This document shows positions 16,867 to 25,134 of a DNA stretch of 64,000 nucleotides, one piece after another (positions within the stretch are counted from its first letter, which is position 1; the number at the start of each line of letters is the position of its first letter). The stretch comes from Flavobacteriales bacterium (GTDB lineage: Bacteria; Bacteroidota; Bacteroidia; Flavobacteriales_F; PHOS-HE28), in NCBI GenBank assembly GCA_016712535.1, contig JADJQW010000004.1, forward strand, positions 38,756-102,755. Direction: 5' to 3'. Both the position numbers and the translations under genes were made by a program. Under the pieces are notes generated by a model that saw only the letters and a program-made list of their open reading frames with translations, ran no database searches and was not told the DNA's origin.

Positions 16867-18066
16867 TCAATCATCATCCCTCACCCCGTAGATCAACTTG
16901 AACTCCACGGGCTTGTGGTCGCTGTAGTAGGAGCCGTAGGTGCCCACATTGAAGTTGCCGGTGCCGGGATAGTCCCCGTCGTCGGGGTCCCATGTCGGCT
17001 CCATGAGGGCCACCAGGTCGAGTGGCACGAAGTGGTGCGGGTCGATGTCCGTGGCGGTGAATCGCGGTCGGTACATCACGTGGTCGAAGGGCTTGCCGGT
17101 GCGGGCCACGTTGGTGGCCAGGCAGGCGGCGTTGATGGATTGATAGCCGCTGGGCGTGGCATCCACGAGCTCGTCGCAGTCCTGGATGTTCATGTCGCCC
17201 ACGATCAGGTGGTCGGGCTCGCCGTTGGCGGCGTGCTCGGCGATGAAGGCGAGCTCATCGCGGCGCTGCTCGTCGGCGCCTTCGTCGGCGGCCAAGTGCA
17301 CGTTGGTCACCGCGAAGTCGAGCGTGCCATCGAGCGTGGCGAAGTGGAAGGTCCACGGCACGCGGTCGAAGGTGGGGTTGCCCACCAGCGGCTGGTCAAC
17401 GAAGCCGCTGGGCGCGTGCAGGTATTGCAGCACGTGCGGTTTATAGAAGGCCACGAAGTACTCGCTGGTGCTGCCGTTGGTGGTGTTGCTGCTGCGCCCG
17501 GTCTTGGCGCTGCTCAAGGCGTAAGCGAACCGGTAATCCTCCATGAGCTGGAAGAAGGTCCGGGCTTGTTGCGTGCCGCTGAGCATGTAGTCCGGGTACA
17601 CCAGGTCCATGGGTGCCGAGACCAGCTCCTGCACCAGCACCAGGTCGTAGTCCTTCAGCAGGTCCACCAGCGGCTGGTACTGCTTGTTATTGCCCTGCCC
17701 GATGAACTTGATGTTGAAGGAGCAGGCCTTGAGCGGCTTGGGCACGCCGGTGGCGATGGGGCCGCCCGGCGTCCCGGGGCCCGTGGGCGTGCCGCCGCCG
17801 CGCGCCCACAGGGGTGGTTCGGCATCGCGCAGCCGCACGCGGTTGCGGTACACGTAGCCGAGGCAATTGCCCGGCGCGCGCACGTGGTAATAGCCGTCGT
17901 GGTCGTCCTCGTCCTCCAGCACCAGCGTGTCGCCCGCCTGCGCATGGTAGCATTCTTCGGTGTCCGTGCTCGGCCCTTGGCGCACGTAGCTGCTTCGGCT
18001 CACGATGGCCACTTTCGCCGTGGCATCGAGCGCGAGCACGAGCAGGGGAAGGAGCAGCGCGCGCAT
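16867..18066 (-). CDS. Secreted endonuclease/exonuclease/phosphatase (EEP) family protein with N-terminal SH3b-like domain
   Basis: Signal peptide MRALLLPLLVLALDATA. SH3b-like segment YVRQGPSTDTEECYHAQAGDTLVLEDEDDHDGYYHV. EEP C-terminal motif YYSDHKPVEFKL and internal IVGDMN. Confidence 0.8.
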   Translation of the reverse strand: MRALLLPLLVLALDATAKVAIVSRSSYVRQGPSTDTEECYHAQAGDTLVLEDEDDHDGYYHVRAPGNCLGYVYRNRVRLRDAEPPLWARGGGTPTGPGTPGGPIATGVPKPLKACSFNIKFIGQGNNKQYQPLVDLLKDYDLVLVQELVSAPMDLVYPDYMLSGTQQARTFFQLMEDYRFAYALSSAKTGRSSNTTNGSTSEYFVAFYKPHVLQYLHAPSGFVDQPLVGNPTFDRVPWTFHFATLDGTLDFAVTNVHLAADEGADEQRRDELAFIAEHAANGEPDHLIVGDMNIQDCDELVDATPSGYQSINAACLATNVARTGKPFDHVMYRPRFTATDIDPHHFVPLDLVALMEPTWDPDDGDYPGTGNFNVGTYGSYYSDHKPVEFKLIYGVRDDD

Positions 18067-18070
18067 GGCC

Positions 18071-18550
18071 TCAGGGCTTGTTCTGCGCGGCGGCGCGGGT
18101 ACGGCTCGCCTCGCGGATGGCATCGATCTCCTTCTGCGCGGTGCTCTTGATGCCCATCCAATCGCTGAAGAGCTTGGCGGCGCCCTTGCTTCCGCCGGCG
18201 ATGATCATGGCCGTGATGAGCATGCCCATCAGGGTCATCTTGCTGTGGCTCACCGGCAGCAGGATGCTGAGCGCATCGAAGTCCCACCACCAGCACACAT
18301 AGAAGGATACGCCCAGGGCGATGAGCTCCTTGATGCCACGATTGCGGGGCTGCGCATCGGTGATGGTGCCTTGGTCGGCGCCACCCTCGTGCTTCACCGT
18401 ATAGGCCACGCGCTCGATGAAGGCGCGGCTCTCGAAGAGCAAGGCGAGGGCGCGCTCAATGAGCAAGGCCAATAGCAGGATGGCGAGGAGCACCTCGCTC
18501 ACACGCTCGAAATCGAGGAAGAAGAGGTTGGGGTCGACCTTGCTGTGCAT
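18071..18550 (-). CDS. Hypothetical membrane protein (159 aa)
   Basis: Its stop lies 4 nt upstream of the EEP gene start, suggesting an operon. Three hydrophobic segments are present. No motif recognised. Confidence 0.5.
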   Translation of the reverse strand: MHSKVDPNLFFLDFERVSEVLLAILLLALLIERALALLFESRAFIERVAYTVKHEGGADQGTITDAQPRNRGIKELIALGVSFYVCWWWDFDALSILLPVSHSKMTLMGMLITAMIIAGGSKGAAKLFSDWMGIKSTAQKEIDAIREASRTRAAAQNKP

Positions 18551-18864
18551 GGGGCTGGATTTGCACCAGCGAACCTATCGGCCCCTACTCTCCCCTGTTA
18601 CCGGTGTTTACACGGGTACCGGGGGGCTTTTTGCACGGGTATGTTCTCCGGCCGAAAGCATTGCCCAAGGCGCGCATCACCTGCTGTACCCCCTCACGCG
18701 GGACTCCTTTCGTTCGTCACTCCGGAGCGCGGGAGCTGCGAAGCAGCTGGAACCCGCGCATCCGGAGTCTCACCCAAGCCATCACGCGAATGCAGATTCG
18801 TGAGACGCCGGATGGCCGATTCCGCCTTCGTCGCTGCGATCGCCCGGCCTCCGGCGGGACGGTA

Positions 18865-19734
18865 CTACGGGATCCACTTCCCCTTCCCGAACTGCGGCTT
18901 GCGCTTCTCGAGGAAGGCGTTGCGGCCCTCCTTCGCCTCGTCGGTCATGTAGGCCAGGCGCGTGGCTTCACCGGCGAAGACCTGCTGGCCCACCAGGCCG
19001 TCGTCGGTGAGGTTGAAGGCGAACTTCAGCATCTTGATCGCGGTGGGTGATTTCGCGAGGATCTCCTGGGCCCATTGCCAGGCGGTGCTCTCCAGCTCGG
19101 CATGCGGCACGCTCGCGTTCACCATGCCCATCTCGAAGGCGCGGTCGGCGGTGATGTCGCGGCCGAGGAAGAAGATCTCGCGGGCGCGTTTCTGTCCCAC
19201 CATCTTGGCGAGGTAGGCGCTGCCGTAGCCGCCATCGAAGCTCGTCACATCGGCATCGGTCTGCTTGAACACCGCGTGCTCCTTGCTCGCGAGGCTGAGG
19301 TCGCACACCACATGCAGGCTATGGCCGCCGCCCACGCACCAGCCGGGCACGACAGCGATGACGACCTTCGGCATGAAGCGGATCAGGCGTTGCACCTCGA
19401 GGATGTTCAGGCGCGGCGTGCCGGCTCCGTCCACGTAGCCTTGATGTCCGCGCGCGCGCTGATCGCCGCCGCTGCAGAAGCTCCACACGCCATCCTTCGG
19501 GCTCGGCCCTTCGGCGCTGAAGAGCACCACGCCGGTATCGGTGTCCTCCTGCGCATCGTGGAAGGCCTCGAGCAACTCGCTCACCGTATGCGGACGGAAG
19601 GCGTTGCGGACTTCCGGGCGATTGAAGGCGATGCGCGCCACGCCGCCGCTCTTGCGGTAGGTGATGTCGGTGAAGGCCTTCGCTTCGCGCCATTCGGGCG
19701 GAGCGGCCTGAAGCTGCATGCGGGCTTTGGTCAT
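18865..19734 (-). CDS. menB: 1,4-dihydroxy-2-naphthoyl-CoA synthase
   Basis: Crotonase-fold MenB signatures (FCSGGDQRARGHQGYVD, VPGWCVGGGHSLHVVCDL, DGGYGSAYLAKMVG, EGRNAFLEKRKP). Confidence 0.93.
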   Translation of the reverse strand: MTKARMQLQAAPPEWREAKAFTDITYRKSGGVARIAFNRPEVRNAFRPHTVSELLEAFHDAQEDTDTGVVLFSAEGPSPKDGVWSFCSGGDQRARGHQGYVDGAGTPRLNILEVQRLIRFMPKVVIAVVPGWCVGGGHSLHVVCDLSLASKEHAVFKQTDADVTSFDGGYGSAYLAKMVGQKRAREIFFLGRDITADRAFEMGMVNASVPHAELESTAWQWAQEILAKSPTAIKMLKFAFNLTDDGLVGQQVFAGEATRLAYMTDEAKEGRNAFLEKRKPQFGKGKWIP

Positions 19735-19765
19735 GCGGCAAATATCGCTGGCTCAAGGCCGAGCA

Positions 19766-20365
19766 TCACGGCAATGCCGCTGCGCAGCGCGCCACGAGCT
19801 CAGAGGCCAGGTCGCACGCAACGGCGGTGTTCGGTTCTTGCGTCCGCGATTCATCATTCGGCCGCATGAGCCAGAGCTCCCTGGCGCCCACAACGTCGGC
19901 GCCGCGTGCCTTTATCGCCTGAAGGAAGATACGATGCGCCCTGGCCGTTGAGCCGCTCCCCAAGGTGATCGCGATCACAGGCGCCTTGGCCATCCCCGGC
20001 TCCCGCTGCACATAATCCAGCACGCCTCCATCCGGCGCCCAGTTGTAGGTGTTCGCGATGACAATGCGCAGTTCCGCATCGAGGGGCGATTCAGTGTCCA
20101 TCGAAGCTGCGTCCTGTACACGGGCGTTCCACCCCATGCTGTGCAGCCGCTTCGCCATGGCTGCCGCTACCTGAGCATCCAGGTCATAGATGGGGTCCGG
20201 GTCGAACACGATCAGCGCCGTGCGCGCATCCGCTTCATCGGCAAGCATGTATTCGCTGAAAGGCCGCCCCGGCCTTTCGGCCCACCACGTGAGCAATCCC
20301 CAGAAAAGGCCAACGCCAATGAGCACTCGCAGCGCGCGGCGCATCCAGCGCTTCGGCGGTTTCAT
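19766..20365 (-). CDS. Hypothetical membrane-anchored protein (200 aa)
   Basis: The ATG at 20365 overlaps the upstream stop (ATGA). N-terminal anchor ALRVLIGVGLFWGLLTWW. The longer upstream extension in the ORF track is Arg/Ala-rich junk. Confidence 0.5.
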   Translation of the reverse strand: MKPPKRWMRRALRVLIGVGLFWGLLTWWAERPGRPFSEYMLADEADARTALIVFDPDPIYDLDAQVAAAMAKRLHSMGWNARVQDAASMDTESPLDAELRIVIANTYNWAPDGGVLDYVQREPGMAKAPVIAITLGSGSTARAHRIFLQAIKARGADVVGARELWLMRPNDESRTQEPNTAVACDLASELVARCAAALP

Positions 20366-21867
20366 GGCAACAAAGTTGGTGAATTGGCACCTGCACTGCG
20401 AGAGGAACGCCCCTGGAACACGAACGCAGCGCACACCACGCCGATGAAGAGCACCGGCAAGGTGTAGCGCTCCTCCACGCCGCGCTGCGCGTAGGCCAGG
20501 TAGAACAGGTAGGCGGCGCAGCCGAAGGAGAGCAGGCGCACGGGCAGCGGCACGCGCACGAGGAAGGCCAATGACGCCGCTGCGAGCAATGCGGCGTGCA
20601 GGATCGCGGAGGACCACCGGAGCGCTTCCATCAGGGGTTGGCCGCGCCACGTGTGCTGGAAGGCCCAGAGGTTGAGGTTCGAGTGCGCGATCATCTGCTT
20701 GAGCACACGCAGCGGCACCACCACATGATGATGCCAACGATGCGCGCGGCGCCATTCCCGGGTGATCGCTTCCAGGTCGAACAGGATGCCTTGTTCCTCG
20801 CGGGTGATGGAGCGGATGGTGCCCTCCGGCGTGCCGAGCGCAGGCGCCAATTGCGCGCAGGTGAAGCGCTGCCAGCGCAGGAAGGCGCGTTCAATTCCGA
20901 CGGATTGCTCGCTGCTGAGCATTCCGGGAGGCGCGAGCCGGAGGAAGCGCTCGGCATGCGTGGCAGATGTATCGCATAGCAGGGCTGCAGCGAAGGCGTC
21001 CTCCATCACCGGATGGAAGGCATCGCCGCGTGTGCCCCAGCTCTTGGCCAGATCCCAGAACGCTCCGTGCGTGGGTCGCTCGATGCCCGCAGCGCTGGCG
21101 GAATACAGCGGGTGCAGTCCCACCAGGGCTTCGGCGCGGACCACGTTCATCAGCCACCAGCCGAGCAGCGGTGCCAAAGCGAGCAGCGCGAAGGTTGATG
21201 CACGCAGCCAGCCGGTCCGCAGCAATCCCGGCAACAGCGCGAGGCCCGTCCACAGCAAGGCGGGCCGCGTGAACATGATCAGCGACCACAGCGCCAGCCC
21301 GGCAAAGAGCCAGCGGCGATGCGTGGCGTGCCGATCCTGCCTCGGCAGGCAAGCGCGAAACGCGCAGCAGAGCAGCAGCACCGAGAGCGATGGCGTGATG
21401 CCTTCCGTGAAGGTGTGGAAGAGGAAGCCGTGGAAGGTGGGCATCATGGCCAATGCAAGGATCAGCGGCCAGCGGATCCGGCCATCGATGCCTCCGCGCA
21501 CCAGCGTGTCCCACAGCATGGCCACTGCGAACGCATAGAGCAGGCATTGCATCCACACCAGTGCACTGATGGCAGGAAGGGGGTCGAGCACCAGGCGGGG
21601 CAGCAGGTAGAAGAGGGAGTAGCCGGGCGCCCGCAGCGATGGACGGTGCGCCTCGGGCGCCTGCTCGAGGTCGGGCCGCGCGCCGAGCAGCCGATCGACG
21701 CCTTGCAGGTAGGAGGCATCGTCGGTGCTGATGAGGGCACGGCCATCGCGGACATTGGCCCGCGCCGGCGAATCGGCCATGGCGCCGATGCTGATGCGGT
21801 TCCAGGCCTGCGCGCAAAGCAGCGCCAGCAGCGCGATGAGCACGTGGGTGAGGTAGCGCGCCGGCAT
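20362..21867 (-). CDS. Polytopic membrane protein, possibly a GT-C-type glycosyltransferase
   Basis: 501 aa with many TM helices. The N-terminal third has an Asp-containing loop (STDDASYLQG), as in ArnT/PMT-like enzymes. The family call is weak. Confidence 0.5.
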   Translation of the reverse strand: MPARYLTHVLIALLALLCAQAWNRISIGAMADSPARANVRDGRALISTDDASYLQGVDRLLGARPDLEQAPEAHRPSLRAPGYSLFYLLPRLVLDPLPAISALVWMQCLLYAFAVAMLWDTLVRGGIDGRIRWPLILALAMMPTFHGFLFHTFTEGITPSLSVLLLCCAFRACLPRQDRHATHRRWLFAGLALWSLIMFTRPALLWTGLALLPGLLRTGWLRASTFALLALAPLLGWWLMNVVRAEALVGLHPLYSASAAGIERPTHGAFWDLAKSWGTRGDAFHPVMEDAFAAALLCDTSATHAERFLRLAPPGMLSSEQSVGIERAFLRWQRFTCAQLAPALGTPEGTIRSITREEQGILFDLEAITREWRRAHRWHHHVVVPLRVLKQMIAHSNLNLWAFQHTWRGQPLMEALRWSSAILHAALLAAASLAFLVRVPLPVRLLSFGCAAYLFYLAYAQRGVEERYTLPVLFIGVVCAAFVFQGRSSRSAGANSPTLLP

Positions 21868-21932
21868 GCGTTCAGCTACGAATGTAGAAGTGCTTGTTGC
21901 GCGAACGCCCCATCGTGCGGAGCTTCGGCGCC

Positions 21933-22928
21933 GTGAAACCAGTCCTGCTCCCTGTCGCGGTGCTCCTGCCGCTCTTCGTCTCTGCGCAGAAAGCCGCCCG
22001 GAAACCTGCGCGCTTCGATGCCGCCGTGGTGGCCATCATCGTCCCGAGCGACGACCCCGCTAACGCTGCGTTCAACCCAGCAGTGCAGGAGCCGCGCATC
22101 GTGCTGGCCAACAAGGGCACCGAGTCGCTGTCGGGCATCTCCGTGCGTTACGGCACGGTGGGCTTCGCGCCGCGCATGTTCGCTTGGACGGGCCGGCTGG
22201 CTCCTGGCGCCACCACTGAGGTGAAGCTCACGCACCTGATCGACATGCGACCGGGACTGAACACCTTCACCGTATCGCTCGGCGACCCCAACGGTCGAAA
22301 GGACCGCAACAAGGCCGACAATACGCTGAGCGGCACCTTCACTTCGGCTGATGCCTGGGCAAGCCCGCTCACCGTGCGCATGCGCTTGCCCGCAGGCAAT
22401 GGCGGCCGCATCCGCCTGGAGAGCACGCGCGGTCCGGTGCACATCGATCACGCTTGGAAGTCGGGCAGCGACACGGTGCTGAGCGAAACACTGCGCTTGC
22501 CGCCGGGCAGCTATCTGCTGCATGCCGTGGACAGCGGCAAGGCCGATGCGGCATCGGTCCGGATCATCAGCGGGGGGGCTGATCTTCTGAAAGCGGTGCG
22601 CAGCGCGCCGAAGGAAGGCACGCTGTACCAGTTCAGGGTGGAGGCCGACGCGCCGCTCGATCCAAGGCCACGCACGGATGCGTTGCTGCTGAGGCGTCCG
22701 GGAAGGGGCATGGCCGTGGTCGATGTGTTCACCGCCAAGCCAGCGCGCCTATTCGTGAAGAATGGACGCAGTGAAGCGCTGATGGAATGGCAGGTGCCGG
22801 AGCAATTGAACAAAGAGTACCCAGTCGACCTTTCGGCGCAGCCCGCCGGGAGCTATGCCATCCTGCTCAATGAGGATGGCCGAGAGACGCAGGTGGGCCA
22901 GATCGACCTGTTCGATGCCGCGCCTTGA
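21933..22928 (+). CDS. Secreted protein, CARDB-like N-terminal domain, possible T9SS type A C-terminal signal
   Basis: A GTG start gives the signal peptide KPVLLPVAVLLPLFVSAQ. An in-frame TTG lies upstream at 21894. The C-terminal stretch YPVDLSAQPAGSYAILLNEDGRETQVGQIDL resembles Por-secretion tails. Confidence 0.5.
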   Translation: MKPVLLPVAVLLPLFVSAQKAARKPARFDAAVVAIIVPSDDPANAAFNPAVQEPRIVLANKGTESLSGISVRYGTVGFAPRMFAWTGRLAPGATTEVKLTHLIDMRPGLNTFTVSLGDPNGRKDRNKADNTLSGTFTSADAWASPLTVRMRLPAGNGGRIRLESTRGPVHIDHAWKSGSDTVLSETLRLPPGSYLLHAVDSGKADAASVRIISGGADLLKAVRSAPKEGTLYQFRVEADAPLDPRPRTDALLLRRPGRGMAVVDVFTAKPARLFVKNGRSEALMEWQVPEQLNKEYPVDLSAQPAGSYAILLNEDGRETQVGQIDLFDAAP

Positions 22929-22990
22929 TGAGCGCACGATCCTACTTTCGCGCCCGCCTTCCGCAGGGAGGCCCAGTCGCTCCGGCGCCC

Positions 22991-23062
22991 GGCCCCATAG
23001 TTCAATGGATAGAATAGGAGTTTCCTAAACTCTTGATCCAGGTTCGACTCCTGGTGGGGTCA
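22991..23062 (+). tRNA. tRNA-Arg (anticodon CCT)
   Basis: A hand-folded cloverleaf fits. Acceptor ggcccca/tggggtc, anticodon stem ggagt/actct with loop ttCCTaa, T arm ccagg-ttcgact-cctgg. CCA is not encoded. Confidence 0.9.
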
Positions 23063-23196
23063 CTCGCCTTCCTGCTTCGCGCCCCTTAACAGAACGCTGT
23101 GTGAAAATGCGCTGCGGCCCTTGCCGGGCGCCGCGCACGCTGCGGGCAACTTGCGGCGGGGCAGTGCGCGCGTGCGCGTGCCCCCCGCACGCACCC

Positions 23197-24189
23197 ATGC
23201 GCCTGGTACTCGCATCCCTGCTTTCGCTGATCGCCGCGAGCGCCTTCGCGCAGCCCGCCAATAGCAATTGCGCCACGGCATCGCAGCTCTGCGCGCAGCA
23301 GGCCGCAACGGGCAACAACACGGGAGCCAACGGCGCAGGGCCGGTGTACTGCCAGCCGGGCGGCAACCAGGTGTGGTACACCTTCACCACCAACAGCGTG
23401 GGCGGCACGGCCACCGTATCGCTCAATGGCATCAACTGCCCGCTGGTGGGCGGCATGGACAATGAGCTGAGCATGGCGGTGCTCTCCGGCAGCGCCAATT
23501 GCAATCCCGCGAACTTCGGCTTCGTGGGCCCGTGCGAGACGGACAGCATGCCGTTCAGCATCACCACGCAGCCGCTCACGCCCAATACGCAGTACTGGGT
23601 GGTGGTGAGCGGTGCGCAGAATGGAGGCGCCATCACCCCCGCGCAGTGCGATTTCGGCATCGATGTGAGCGGCCCCGGCGTGGATGTGATCGGCGTTGAT
23701 TTCTCCGCCGGCCCGGATGCGGAGATCGCCCAGGGCGGCGCGGTGCAGCTCGATGCTTTCGGCGGCACCACCTACGATTGGTCGCCCACCAGCGGCCTGA
23801 GCGGAAATGGCATCCCGGACCCCATCGCCAACCCGTCGAGCACCACCACCTACGCGGTGACCACCACCATCAATGGCTGCACCTACACGGATACGGTGGT
23901 GGTGGATGTGGTGCGACTGGTGAATCCGCCCAACACCTTCACGCCCAACAGCGATGGCCGCAACGATGCCTGGGAGATCCCGGGCATCCAGGATTATCCC
24001 GGCGCGGTGGTGATGATCTACGACCGCTGGGGCCAGCGCGTGTTCAACAGCAATGGCTACCGCGAGCCGTGGGATGGCACGCGCAATGGCCGGCCGCTGA
24101 GCGAGGGCACCTACTACTACTACATCGAGCTGAATCCGCTCGAGGGCCGCTCCGATCCATACACGGGCTACGTCTCGATCATCCGATGA
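23197..24189 (+). CDS. T9SS cargo protein with type B (gliding-motility-associated) C-terminal sorting domain
   Basis: Signal peptide MRLVLASLLSLIAASAFAQ. C-terminal motif block NTFTPNSDGRNDAWEIPGIQDYPGAVVMIYDRWGQRVF ... GTYYYYIEL ... YTGYVSIIR. Confidence 0.85.
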   Translation: MRLVLASLLSLIAASAFAQPANSNCATASQLCAQQAATGNNTGANGAGPVYCQPGGNQVWYTFTTNSVGGTATVSLNGINCPLVGGMDNELSMAVLSGSANCNPANFGFVGPCETDSMPFSITTQPLTPNTQYWVVVSGAQNGGAITPAQCDFGIDVSGPGVDVIGVDFSAGPDAEIAQGGAVQLDAFGGTTYDWSPTSGLSGNGIPDPIANPSSTTTYAVTTTINGCTYTDTVVVDVVRLVNPPNTFTPNSDGRNDAWEIPGIQDYPGAVVMIYDRWGQRVFNSNGYREPWDGTRNGRPLSEGTYYYYIELNPLEGRSDPYTGYVSIIR

Positions 24190-25121
24190 AGGCCGCACCG
24201 CTGCTCATGGCCCTGCTGCTGCCCTTCCTGGGGCAGGGCCAGCAGCTCACGCAGTACACGCAGTACGTGTTCAACCACTTCAGCGTGAACCCGGCCGTGG
24301 CCGGCAGCAAGGACTGCCTCGACGTGCGCTTGGGCTACCGCCGCCAATGGGTGGGCCTCGATGGCGCCCCCAACACCGGCTGGGCCAGCATTCATGCCAC
24401 CATCCAGAAGAAGGGGGCGGTGAAGAAGAACAAGCACGGGGTGGGCTTCTTCGCCGAGAGCGACAACGCGGGCAACTGGGGCTATACGCGCCTTTCGCTG
24501 GCCTACGCCTACCATATACAGATGTCGCGCGACTACCATATGAGCATGGGTTTCTTCGGTGGAGCGCAGCAAGTGAAGTACGACGTGGGCGCCAGCACCT
24601 TGGTGGACTACAACGACCCCGCGCTCAATAGCCGAGCCAACACCCTGGTGGCGCCGGAGCTCACACCGGGCATCTTCCTCTACAACAAGAAGGCCTGGGG
24701 CGGCATCAGCATGCACCAGATCCTCGCCAACCGCATCAACGGCATCGGCACGGACTCGCGGCTTGCGCGGCAATTCATGCTCAGCGGCGGTTACAAGTAC
24801 CGCATCGGCCGCAAGGTCTCGCTCGCGCCCAGCCTGCTGCTGAAGAAGAGCAAGGCCGCACCGTGGGCCCTCGATATCAACGGCATGGTGGAGTGGAACC
24901 GCAAGTTCGGGCTTGGCGTGGGCTACCGTGCCGGCGATGCGGTCACCTTCAACATGAAAGTGAGCTTCGCGAAGCTCTTCCAGTTGGGCTACAGCTACGA
25001 TGTGACCACATCGCGCCTGCGCCTCGGAAGCTCCAACACGCACGAGATCATCCTGGCCATCACGCCATGCAGCCAGGAGAGCATCGGCCGCCGAGCCATC
25101 AACTGCCCCGCTTTCGACTAG
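24186..25121 (+). CDS. PorP/SprF-family T9SS outer-membrane protein
   Basis: The ATG overlaps the cargo stop (ATGA). N-terminal signature QQLTQYTQYVFNHFSVNPAVAGS and C-terminal SNTHEIILA beta-barrel end. Confidence 0.9.
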   Translation: MKAAPLLMALLLPFLGQGQQLTQYTQYVFNHFSVNPAVAGSKDCLDVRLGYRRQWVGLDGAPNTGWASIHATIQKKGAVKKNKHGVGFFAESDNAGNWGYTRLSLAYAYHIQMSRDYHMSMGFFGGAQQVKYDVGASTLVDYNDPALNSRANTLVAPELTPGIFLYNKKAWGGISMHQILANRINGIGTDSRLARQFMLSGGYKYRIGRKVSLAPSLLLKKSKAAPWALDINGMVEWNRKFGLGVGYRAGDAVTFNMKVSFAKLFQLGYSYDVTTSRLRLGSSNTHEIILAITPCSQESIGRRAINCPAFD

Positions 25122-25134
25122 AACCTGATCCGCG

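Noticed and set aside
16849-18150. 433-aa plus-strand ORF over the EEP gene
   Set aside because: Gly/Ala/Val/His-rich antisense product. The minus strand has a signal peptide, an SH3b domain and the SDHKP EEP motif.
18551-18864. Several 128-148-aa plus-strand ORFs in the gap between the 159-aa membrane protein gene and menB
   Set aside because: They are mutually overlapping, Arg/Pro/Ser-rich and motif-free, and run into menB antisense. The region is treated as non-coding apart from the hairpin reported above.
22991-23062. tRNA-Arg as a possible integration site for the T9SS adhesin cluster
   Set aside because: No duplicated tRNA 3-prime segment or integrase was seen downstream. By eye the cluster has backbone-like GC content.
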